Of a stretch of 31,866 nt of DNA, positions 1-7,864 are shown piece by piece. The stretch lies in the NCBI GenBank assembly GCA_040754655.1, contig JBFMCE010000046.1, positions 1-31,866 on the forward strand, given 5' to 3'. Position numbers and translations under genes: made by a program. The notes under the pieces were generated by a model. The model saw nothing but the letters and a program-made list of their open reading frames with translations, had not been told where the DNA came from and made no database searches. Positions within the stretch are counted from its first letter, which is position 1. Each line of letters opens with the position of its first letter. The stretch is from Bdellovibrionota bacterium. Its GTDB lineage: Bacteria > Bdellovibrionota > UBA1018 > UBA923.

Positions 1-1981
1 TCAAGACCCAAACTATTGGCAGCTGCGCGAGGCGCAGGCAACGAAGACCGGAAAACCAGAAATTCAATGGGCAAGCCCTATTGACAAAAAACACCTCGCC
101 TCTTTCTTTGACCCGAGTATGCGTGGCAAATATGGCTCGCCGCCACTACCTCCCCCAGGTTTCAAACACTCTACCAAAGGAAAAATGAAAGCCGTTGTAA
201 ACACTCCGCCTCCTGGGTTTGTGCCCAACCGTAACCTTCATTTTACCAATACGCCCTTTGGCTCGCGAGTTGAAGAACCGATCTTTAAAGTTCGGCACAT
301 AAAAGATCTTCCTAAGAACTCGTCGATCTTCTTTAGTCTTTTCGATCCGCATGAAGCTCAGATGCAAAACCACCTTCAGTCTTTCTCTCTAGGCGGCAAA
401 GCAAAAGAGGGCAAAGAACCTGCGCTCTCGCTAGCAGCAGTGAGACATTCTCCCACGACTGCAGAGGGCATTTTAGTCATTCCGACACCTCAAAACCACG
501 AACTCATCCAGCTCAGACTTTCTAATCGCTCAGGAAGGGTCTTAAGAGAAGGTGAAGACTATCAGATCTTTGCACGCACCGATGGCACAAGCGGATACTC
601 AGTCAAGGTCGCAAAACCAGACACCCGCGCAGGAATTGAAATTGAAGCAAAGTTTGCTGCAACTGCGGCGGCAAAAACCGTGCATGCATTTGACCGCAGG
701 TTCACAGACCTTGATCTAGAGAAAGTCAGAAGATTGAATTCAGAGCTTAAGGACATGGGCTTCCAGTCGCTCTCTCAAGCCATAGACTTAAAGTTAAACA
801 CAGCAAAAAGAGAAAAAACCCAGGTGTCGGTTGAAGCGCTTTCTGAAGTTTTCAGCCAAAGCTCGTTTTACACTTACATCCCAGAACCAGAAGGCGCTGC
901 GGCCCTGGGCTCGCAAGAGAAACGCTTCAGCAAATTCACAAAATTTCTTGTCAATGGAACACTCTGCCTTCAGTGCAATGGTTCTACTGGGCTCTTTAAT
1001 GAGTTCATGGCGGCGTACTTCTCAGACGACCCTCTGGTGCAGGTTGACGTTCAGCTGGGTTACCTCACTGAGCGGCGCGAAATTCTTCCGAGAGACTACC
1101 ATGTTCAAACTGTATTTAAGCTCAACGGAGAGTTTGCTCTCACAGTCAACGCCACAGCCAGAATGCTTGATCCTCGAATGCAAAATCAGACCGATGCTCG
1201 AGGAGATGCGAAGAAGACTGAAGATCTCTTTTCGAGACTGAAAAAGATTGACGACTCTGACGAACGACTGAATGCTTTGGCCCAGGCGCAAAGCAATATC
1301 TCGCCTGAACTTTTTGAAAAACAGAAAAAAGCAGAAAAAGTGCGGCGCTACCTGCAAGTGCTTCAAGAAAGAAGAGTTGCGCTTAAAGGTGCCATTCAAG
1401 AAATCGGAATTAAACCTAGCCGCACCGACCCAACAACCGCGACAATCTACCTTGCTTCAGCATTAGAAGACCTCTTGAAAAACAATGACACAGTAGAGAG
1501 CCTTCGTGCACGCCTTGAAAAACTTCTTCCTCATTACAAACACGACTATGCCGACAATGAGTCAGTTTTCAATTTTGTAGCCAATGTGATGCGCCAAGAA
1601 CGAGCTAGGGTCGAAAAAATGACCTCAAACCCAAGACGCCTTGAACGGGTTGAAGGCTACCAACACTATCTTGATGGCGGTTTTCTCGACATGCTCTCAG
1701 AACTTCAACATCACCTAGGGGCCGATCCCAAAATGCAACTCCCGACCGATGATGAACTTGCTGCATTTTGGGAAGTAGGGCCGACGCTTAAAAACCTAGA
1801 CCCGACGACAACAGCCCTTTCATCGACAAGCGAGGGCCAAAAACGAATCTCTTCTGACCAGCACTCACAAAACCCGCATGATCAAGGCAAATCCCAAGGT
1901 CGTTCTTCTCTTATGAGTCGCAAGTGGTGTTCTCTTCGAGATACCTTTTCAAATTTCATGAGATTTGGGAGCGCTAGATGA
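1..1981 (+). CDS. Large hypothetical protein with a transglutaminase-like (Cys-His-Asn) core; 5'-truncated by the window edge
   Basis: The frame of the 119..1981 ORF has no stop from position 2 onward, so the true start is probably upstream of the window. The motif series QCNGSTGLF...VDVQLGY...DYHVQTV...VNAT resembles the transglutaminase-like core (C...V.GY...H...DPT/DAT). The TGA stop overlaps the next ATG (ATGA at 1978-1981). Confidence 0.6.
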   Translation, partial: QDPNYWQLREAQATKTGKPEIQWASPIDKKHLASFFDPSMRGKYGSPPLPPPGFKHSTKGKMKAVVNTPPPGFVPNRNLHFTNTPFGSRVEEPIFKVRHIKDLPKNSSIFFSLFDPHEAQMQNHLQSFSLGGKAKEGKEPALSLAAVRHSPTTAEGILVIPTPQNHELIQLRLSNRSGRVLREGEDYQIFARTDGTSGYSVKVAKPDTRAGIEIEAKFAATAAAKTVHAFDRRFTDLDLEKVRRLNSELKDMGFQSLSQAIDLKLNTAKREKTQVSVEALSEVFSQSSFYTYIPEPEGAAALGSQEKRFSKFTKFLVNGTLCLQCNGSTGLFNEFMAAYFSDDPLVQVDVQLGYLTERREILPRDYHVQTVFKLNGEFALTVNATARMLDPRMQNQTDARGDAKKTEDLFSRLKKIDDSDERLNALAQAQSNISPELFEKQKKAEKVRRYLQVLQERRVALKGAIQEIGIKPSRTDPTTATIYLASALEDLLKNNDTVESLRARLEKLLPHYKHDYADNESVFNFVANVMRQERARVEKMTSNPRRLERVEGYQHYLDGGFLDMLSELQHHLGADPKMQLPTDDELAAFWEVGPTLKNLDPTTTALSSTSEGQKRISSDQHSQNPHDQGKSQGRSSLMSRKWCSLRDTFSNFMRFGSAR

Positions 1982-3696
1982 TCAAACACGCACCCCTCTT
2001 CCTCAAGTGTCTTTTGGTCTTTAGTCTTTGTACAGACATCGCACTGGGCGCGCCCGCCAAGGCGAGCCCACAAACAAAGACAAGTCGACAAAAGGCGGCA
2101 GCCCAAGTTCGCACGCACGCAAAACAGTGTCTTAATCGTACAGTTGCGGCTCTAGAAGCTTTTGAAACTTGGGCGGCACCTCCGACCGATTGGGTTGTTG
2201 ATTACGCAGCTAACCGTCTCTCTCGCGCTTGGCGTCGTTACAAACGCTCGGTCAAGTTCACCAGCGGCGGCAGAATGATCCGCAAAACTAGAAAACCTGT
2301 AAGTAAACGCGCACTCCTGCCAACCATAGCAGGACTCATGTCAAACCCGATCGCCACGATTCGCAATTCAAGGCGCGAGGTCACGATTCCTGTGAGCATA
2401 GTAGGTTGGACGATCTTCATCACCGCGCCCAGAATTTATCTTGGGATAAAACAAGACGAGCAAGAAATCGAAATGGCGGAACACAAGCTCAAATACCTGC
2501 CCGGCGCTGAAGAATACCTTCTGCCCTTTTTGTTTGAAGAGTTTTTAAGACCGGCCGAGGTTTCAAGAATCGTGAACCAACAAGACAAGGCCATCGAGCT
2601 TTGGGCCATGGCTTCAAATGACCCGGCAAGAGTTTTTCTTCCGCGAACCCAAGACTTGATCGATGAAGGCGTCATCACTGAAGAAGAAAAAGTAAGACTC
2701 AACCAGATCGCTTATCAGAGCTTTGGTCAAACGGCGCAGGAACTTGAAAAGGCGAAGGCCTCAAATCAGCCTTATAATTTTCCCCGCGAACTCAGCAAAA
2801 ACTTGATGCGCAACCTGCAGGCGGAAGACTCACCGTTTGCTAAGAAAGACGTAACTCAACTGAGCCTGATCGCCACACTCTTCTGGCCGAAAGTGCCCAT
2901 CGGCGAACACAGCAATATTCACCTTCTTCAACGAATGGCAAAGGCGAACGCCGGTGTAAACGATGCGGCTGATGTCGAATCTGCAAGACTAAAGCATGTT
3001 TATCAAGCGTTTCTCAAACGAGAGATCAGCCTCACGACAGCCGAAGTGCTCGCGGCCCGCATCATCGAAGCGCCAGAAGAGATCGAGAAAAAAGTAGTAG
3101 AGGCAAAAGAAGCCTTGCCTCCAGATCTTCAGTGGGTAGCAAACCGTCCTGACATTTTAGATTGGTCAAAAGGGGTAAACATTGATGCTTTCGGTGACGG
3201 CCAGCCAATCCAGTTCGAAAGCGAAATCGAAGCCTGGCAGTTCATGGTGAAGGATCCTAGATTTCAAGACATTCTCGCGGCGCTAAAGGCGGGTCAAATC
3301 TCAGACCTTGCTGCGATACGAGAATTTCAGGGGCGGGTGAAATCTTTGAATGAAATCTTTGAACTGAGACGCGCGAAAAAGTTAAATGAAGACGAAATCA
3401 AACGTCTCTATGCAAGAAGTGCGAACAAACTCTCATCCCCTCTGCTCGGCGAAGCTTATAAGGCGGTTGAAATGGTTTTACTTGAATCCGGTCTTGATCC
3501 CAGCAGGCCTTTACCTGTCGCCTACACTTGTTTTCAAAATACTGTTTTCTCGTGGGCCGAGTTCTACCACGCCGATGCACAGCTTGCCAAAAACCATGCA
3601 GTCGATGGATCATTCCATACGCGCTATGCAGCGCTCTTAGAAAAACAAGAGGCAGAGCTTGAGAAAGCGCTCAAACCCTGCCTCGAGATAAAATAG
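1978..3696 (+). CDS. Hypothetical exported/membrane protein (572 aa)
   Basis: Long ORF with an ATGA overlap to the upstream gene. It has a signal-peptide-like N-terminus (MIKHAPLFLKCLLVFSLCTDIALG-A), a basic segment and one hydrophobic segment (VTIPVSIVGWTIFITAPRIYLGI). No family recognised. Confidence 0.75.
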   Translation: MIKHAPLFLKCLLVFSLCTDIALGAPAKASPQTKTSRQKAAAQVRTHAKQCLNRTVAALEAFETWAAPPTDWVVDYAANRLSRAWRRYKRSVKFTSGGRMIRKTRKPVSKRALLPTIAGLMSNPIATIRNSRREVTIPVSIVGWTIFITAPRIYLGIKQDEQEIEMAEHKLKYLPGAEEYLLPFLFEEFLRPAEVSRIVNQQDKAIELWAMASNDPARVFLPRTQDLIDEGVITEEEKVRLNQIAYQSFGQTAQELEKAKASNQPYNFPRELSKNLMRNLQAEDSPFAKKDVTQLSLIATLFWPKVPIGEHSNIHLLQRMAKANAGVNDAADVESARLKHVYQAFLKREISLTTAEVLAARIIEAPEEIEKKVVEAKEALPPDLQWVANRPDILDWSKGVNIDAFGDGQPIQFESEIEAWQFMVKDPRFQDILAALKAGQISDLAAIREFQGRVKSLNEIFELRRAKKLNEDEIKRLYARSANKLSSPLLGEAYKAVEMVLLESGLDPSRPLPVAYTCFQNTVFSWAEFYHADAQLAKNHAVDGSFHTRYAALLEKQEAELEKALKPCLEIK

Positions 3697-3702
3697 AGAA
3701 CC

Positions 3703-3725
3703 TTGAGCATGTTGCACGTGCTCAA
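3703..3725. terminator. Stem-loop between convergent genes, possibly a terminator or 3'-end stabiliser
   Basis: TTGAGCATGT-TGC-ACGTGCTCAA inverted repeat with one G-U pair on the + strand, in the 42-bp gap between convergent stops. No U-tract follows directly on either strand, so it is not a canonical intrinsic terminator. Confidence 0.35.
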
Positions 3726-3738
3726 AAAAGTCTTTTGC

Positions 3739-4710
3739 TTATTTCTTTCCTTCGCTTTGCGACGAGGCCTCAGAGCCTGTGACCTCACGATAAAGCTCAG
3801 CACCTGAATTGAACAACTCGGCAGCCTTTTCAATTCCAGAATCAACGATGTCACCCGCGGAATAATATTCATAAGCGCCAATACCTACGCGTATGAGCTC
3901 AGTTCCGCCAACACCAACAGCCACGCCGGTGAGCGCCTTCTGCGCGCCTGCTCGAACAGCTTGGTTTCCGATGCCCCAAAGGGTGATCGACTTCACTTTT
4001 ACGCCTTGTTCCGCATAGCCGCGCAACATCGCCTCAAGCGAGCCCAAAGATTTTCCCTTTGCGGTCACTCCTTTTCCACCTTCTGTGATTATCTCCGCTG
4101 CCGGAACCTTTTCCACGTGCTGGTGGATGTCGATCACCTTCTTTTCCCACTTTGGCGCAAAACTCTCAGTTGCTTTGTCAACATCACTCAATGCAGCCGT
4201 CCCAGCGACCTCAAGTCCATTAGGACCGGTCGGGCTCATGGGCATCATCACCGTGGATGGAGCAGCTCGGTTGCCTTGAAGATTTTGTACCACTGTACCT
4301 AATTTGGCATCACCATATGCATGGGTGTTGGCGATTCTTTGTTGTCTTTCAAGATGGCCACCATCAAGTTCAACTTCTAACTTTCCGAAACTCACGTCAC
4401 CCATTCCTCCCATTGGGCCGAAAAAACCGGGAGACTTTCTGACGGCGTTTATAACCTTGGCGATATCATCTTCGCTAAGAACGGCTGGGTTGTCTCGGTG
4501 GTTCACCACAAGCTTAGTCACCATTCGTGTCACTAGCTGCGCTCGACTCTCGGTTACAGCGCCAATACCTGCGCTCGCGGCGATACCTGTTAAAGCGACG
4601 TCATCCACCACATGTTCGCCAAAAATAGACTTTGCAGGCTCTTCAGCCTTTGCGGCAGGTGAAACCAAGAAAACCAAACTCATGATCGTACTAAACGCGA
4701 TTTTGCGCAT
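3739..4710 (-). CDS. Hypothetical secreted protein with two Gly/Ala-rich hydrophobic segments (323 aa)
   Basis: Sec-type signal peptide MRKIAFSTIMSLVFLVSPAAKA-E and a GAGGAG Shine-Dalgarno 8 nt before the ATG. Gly/Ala-rich segments are VALTGIAASAGIGAV and ALTGVAVGVGGTELIRVGIGAY. Confidence 0.8.
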   Translation of the reverse strand: MRKIAFSTIMSLVFLVSPAAKAEEPAKSIFGEHVVDDVALTGIAASAGIGAVTESRAQLVTRMVTKLVVNHRDNPAVLSEDDIAKVINAVRKSPGFFGPMGGMGDVSFGKLEVELDGGHLERQQRIANTHAYGDAKLGTVVQNLQGNRAAPSTVMMPMSPTGPNGLEVAGTAALSDVDKATESFAPKWEKKVIDIHQHVEKVPAAEIITEGGKGVTAKGKSLGSLEAMLRGYAEQGVKVKSITLWGIGNQAVRAGAQKALTGVAVGVGGTELIRVGIGAYEYYSAGDIVDSGIEKAAELFNSGAELYREVTGSEASSQSEGKK

Positions 4711-4749
4711 AAGACTCTTCTCCTCGTTACAACAACTAGAACCTTAAGT

Positions 4750-4765
4750 TGCAACTGAGGTGCCA
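4750..4765 (-). promoter_or_regulatory. Sigma-54 (-24/-12) promoter for the 3739..4710 gene
   Basis: The minus strand reads TGGCAC-CTCAG-TTGCA, an exact match to TGGCAC-N5-TTGCW. It is correctly oriented about 40 bp upstream of the ATG. Confidence 0.85.
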
Positions 4766-4849
4766 CGCAGACAGAAATATCTGCATTCAACGATTCTAAA
4801 GGCTTAGAGCAATTTCGACCGTAAGGTCGATCCTAAGGCGCTTCTACAG

Positions 4850-4868
4850 GTGTCGAAAGATTAGACAC
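4850..4868. promoter_or_regulatory. Candidate upstream activator sequence for an enhancer-binding protein
   Basis: Dyad GTGTC-N9-GACAC about 85-100 bp upstream of the sigma-54 -24 box, a distance and TGT...ACA form typical of bEBP sites. A second dyad, TCGACC-GTAA-GGTCGA, lies at 4815-4830. Confidence 0.55.
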
Positions 4869-4877
4869 GATCGTGAT

Positions 4878-6209
4878 TTACGAGCCATGACGATGAAATC
4901 CAGGGTCTTTTTCCCAGAGTTTCCGCAGGTCTTCAAATTCAGGTTTTTCTTTCAAAACCTCTCCAGAAGTGGTGAACCCCACTTTAACTCTCACTTCGCC
5001 TTGCGGGGTTTTACGCGACTCGATACGGCGTGAGAGCTTGAGCCTGTCCCACACATGATAGCGCACGCCAAAAGTAGAACTGTGGCGAAGCAGCCAATCC
5101 GCAAACCGAGCCCACTCATCCACCTTCGCTAAGATCGAAAGACAAACCGCAACCCTACCCTTTTTCCCCGTCACCGGAGTTGCCCAGACATCAAGTGCAC
5201 CCATCTCCATCAGATGCTCCATCACCCATGCTGTGCGTTCTGCGGTCTCGTCATCCATATTGCAGGTCACTTCGATGACTTGATCTTTTTCAAAGGGAAG
5301 AGCCTCGTTAGGCGTCAAACCAGAAGCAATGCTACCGGGCTTAGCGTCGCCCTTTGCACGTGTACCCTGCGCCGAATACGCCTCTTGAGCGGCATCTAAA
5401 ACCATCACCCGAAACACATTGGGATAAGAACCCAAATCCATCGTGCCCGCGCCCATGCCTTGGGCTTGAACCACTCCGGCCGGAACGCCAACATGCCACT
5501 CAGGTGCTAGCGAGCGCAGAATCGCAAGTCCCGTGGGAGTTGAAAGCTCGACGTTCTCTCGCGCAATTGCAGCAGGCACTTGCGTCACCGGAAAACCTAT
5601 CGAAAGACGCGCTGACGCTGGTGGCGGCACCGGATGCGTGCCGTGTTCCATCTTCACCAGGCCTCGCCCAAGCTTCACGGGCGAAGCGAAGATCTTCTCA
5701 GGGTCAACCTTCCCTACGCAAAACGCCGCCATCACGACATCGACGATCGAATCAACAGCGCCCACCTCATGAAAAGCCACATCCTCGATCTTCATCCCAT
5801 GCGCTTCAGCCTCGGCCTGGGCAAGATGTCGAAAGACTTTCCTGGCAAAACTCTTGGTGAATGAGTTCAGCTTTGATTCTTCCAAGAAACGGTCAAGCCA
5901 AGCGTAGTGCGTGTGCCAATGAGAAGCATCGGGAGCGTTGGGATTCAGAACATTGCCATGCGCTTGAGCATGTGCGTGCGATTCTCCTAAAACTTTTTTC
6001 CACTTCTCGCTCTTCCAACCCACATCAATATGAGTGCATTGGATCGAGGCTTTCACAACCTTTGAGATGCGCACTTCGACGTCTTCAAGCCCCAGAAGAG
6101 CCGGCAGCTTCTGCAATTCCTCAGCGCTCACAAGGCCCGCATCCACAAAACTCGCGGCAAACATGTCGCCCGCGACCCCTGCAACGCTTTCAAGATAGAG
6201 CGTCTTCAC
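4878..6209 (-). CDS. larC: Nickel-pincer cofactor nickel insertase LarC (both domains in one frame)
   Basis: Motifs GVAGDM, a His-rich loop, FHEVGAVDSIVD, PVPPPA, TPTGLAIL, NMDD, GALDVW.TP..GKKGR, STFGVR and KPEFED. The GTG start overlaps the larB stop (GTGA). Confidence 0.93.
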   Translation of the reverse strand: MKTLYLESVAGVAGDMFAASFVDAGLVSAEELQKLPALLGLEDVEVRISKVVKASIQCTHIDVGWKSEKWKKVLGESHAHAQAHGNVLNPNAPDASHWHTHYAWLDRFLEESKLNSFTKSFARKVFRHLAQAEAEAHGMKIEDVAFHEVGAVDSIVDVVMAAFCVGKVDPEKIFASPVKLGRGLVKMEHGTHPVPPPASARLSIGFPVTQVPAAIARENVELSTPTGLAILRSLAPEWHVGVPAGVVQAQGMGAGTMDLGSYPNVFRVMVLDAAQEAYSAQGTRAKGDAKPGSIASGLTPNEALPFEKDQVIEVTCNMDDETAERTAWVMEHLMEMGALDVWATPVTGKKGRVAVCLSILAKVDEWARFADWLLRHSSTFGVRYHVWDRLKLSRRIESRKTPQGEVRVKVGFTTSGEVLKEKPEFEDLRKLWEKDPGFHRHGS

Positions 6210-7003
6210 AACGATCGCCCTCGTGCGTCTCGCGCCTCACGAACGGCCCAGACCACGTTACATGCCGCAAACGCGGCTGAAAACCCGTTATCAATGTTCA
6301 CGACAGTCACGCCAGGCGCGCACGCGTTGAGCATTGAAAGAAGCGCCGTTAGCCCAGAAAAGCTTGCTCCATAACCCACGCTCGTTGGCACTGCGAACAA
6401 AGGCCTTCCCGTAAGGCCAGCGACTACGCTTGGCAGAGCTCCCTCCATGCCAGCGATCACGACAAGCGAAGTGGCTTGATTCAAACTGTCGATGCGCTCA
6501 AGCAAACGGTGCAACCCTGTGACACCCACGTCATAGTGACGCTCAAAAGCAATGCCCATCGCCACGCAAACTTCGCAAGCCTCTTCGGCCACGCCGATAT
6601 CGCTTGTACCAGCGGCGAGAATAGCCACGAAAGGCTCGCCTGATCGCGAGTTTTTCTCTGGCGGCGCATTCAAGGTAAAGGTCCTGCCCAGTTCGCTTTC
6701 ACGGCCGTCTTTGAACATCTCTCGCAGTGCATTTCTTTTCGAACTGTCAAGACGGGTGATCAAGACGGGTTGGCCGCTCTTGTAGAACTCAGAAACGATC
6801 GCCAAGATTTGTTCCGTCGTCTTTGATTCGCCGTAAACCACTTCGCCGAGCTTGTGCCTCAATGCGCGGTGGTAGTCGAGATTAGCAAACCCTAGGTCGC
6901 TCTTGCGGAAAGGCCCTGACTTCAGCTGATCGATCGCATCGCGCGCGCCTACGCTTCCGCTGGCCACCTTTTCCAATAGAGAAAACAAATCTTTTTCGTT
7001 CAT
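6206..7003 (-). CDS. larB: Nickel-pincer cofactor biosynthesis carboxylase/hydrolase LarB (PurE-like)
   Basis: Motifs EVVYGESKT, AGTSDIGVAEEA, DVGVTGLHRL, AGMEGALPSVVAGL, AVPTSVGYGA and MLNACAPGVTVVNIDNGF. Start moved to the ATG at 7003 (MNEKDL), which overlaps the larE stop (ATGA). Confidence 0.95.
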   Translation of the reverse strand: MNEKDLFSLLEKVASGSVGARDAIDQLKSGPFRKSDLGFANLDYHRALRHKLGEVVYGESKTTEQILAIVSEFYKSGQPVLITRLDSSKRNALREMFKDGRESELGRTFTLNAPPEKNSRSGEPFVAILAAGTSDIGVAEEACEVCVAMGIAFERHYDVGVTGLHRLLERIDSLNQATSLVVIAGMEGALPSVVAGLTGRPLFAVPTSVGYGASFSGLTALLSMLNACAPGVTVVNIDNGFSAAFAACNVVWAVREARDARGRSL

Positions 7004-7851
7004 ACGGCACCACCGCCCATCCTGTAGCCCGCGAGATCCAGCGTCACCCACTTGTAGCCCCGGCTGCGGCCTTCTAAAACAAAATCGTCACGCAACTCAA
7101 GCGCCTTCTCGAGCTCATCTGGCGCAACTTCCAGCCGCAAGAACCTTTGCGCGCCCTCTTCATGCAGGCGAACCCTGAAAATCCGGAGCCCACGATCGCG
7201 CAACAGGGCCTCGAGTTCTTCCACGTCTTTGAGTTTTTCTGCGCTTACCGCGACACCTCGCATGAGGCGCGAACTCAGGCAGGGGCTGGCTGGTTTTTCA
7301 GCCAACTCAAGCTGATGCGCGCGCATCAAGATTCGAATATCTTCTTTAGCAAGCTCAGCCTCGGCAAGCGGCGACAAAACCTCGTACTCAAGAGCGGCCT
7401 GATGCCCAGGGCGAACGTCGCCGCGGTCTGAGGCGTTATACCCGTAAGCGAGCCAACGGTACTTGCCTTCCAATGCGGCGTCTCGGGCGATCTTAAAGAG
7501 CTCTGCTTTGCAGTGGTAGCACCGCGACTCATCGTTGGCGATGTACTGCGGGTTGGAAGTCTCGTGGCTGGTTTGCCAAACATGCTCTACCTGAAGCCCT
7601 TGGGCAAAGCGCTTCGCATCGTCTTTCTCTACTTGCGCCATGCTCTCACTCACCGCCGTGAGCGCAAGAAGCCTGCCTCCGCTTTGTCTTCTCACTTGCT
7701 CCGCCGCCCAAAGCAAAAACGCGCTGTCAACGCCTCCTGAAAAAGCCACGATCAAGCCTTCAGGCAACCTCGTCGCAAGAGCGCGCCGCAAGTTCTCAAA
7801 TTTCTCGAACACGTCTGCAGGAATGCGTGGGGAAAAAGCGTTCACTTCCAT
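7000..7851 (-). CDS. larE: ATP-dependent sulfur transferase LarE (PP-loop), three-Cys type
   Basis: PP-loop VAFSGGVDS plus RCYHCK, DVRPGHQAA, KPASPCLSSR, RVRLH and VTLDLAGYR. Start placed at the ATG at 7851 (MEVNAF), 13 bp after the rne stop, giving 283 aa. The longer ORF-track version overlaps rne. Confidence 0.93.
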   Translation of the reverse strand: MEVNAFSPRIPADVFEKFENLRRALATRLPEGLIVAFSGGVDSAFLLWAAEQVRRQSGGRLLALTAVSESMAQVEKDDAKRFAQGLQVEHVWQTSHETSNPQYIANDESRCYHCKAELFKIARDAALEGKYRWLAYGYNASDRGDVRPGHQAALEYEVLSPLAEAELAKEDIRILMRAHQLELAEKPASPCLSSRLMRGVAVSAEKLKDVEELEALLRDRGLRIFRVRLHEEGAQRFLRLEVAPDELEKALELRDDFVLEGRSRGYKWVTLDLAGYRMGGGAV

Positions 7852-7864
7852 CTTCAAAGCAATC

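Noticed and set aside
4785..4800. IHF site between the sigma-54 promoter and the enhancer dyad
   Set aside because: ATTCAACGATTCT has several mismatches to WATCAANNNNTTR. The position is plausible but the match is too weak to call.
5290..5400. Programmed frameshift between the LarC1 and LarC2 domains, as in L. plantarum
   Set aside because: Both domains are in one continuous frame, joined by a ~30-aa linker.
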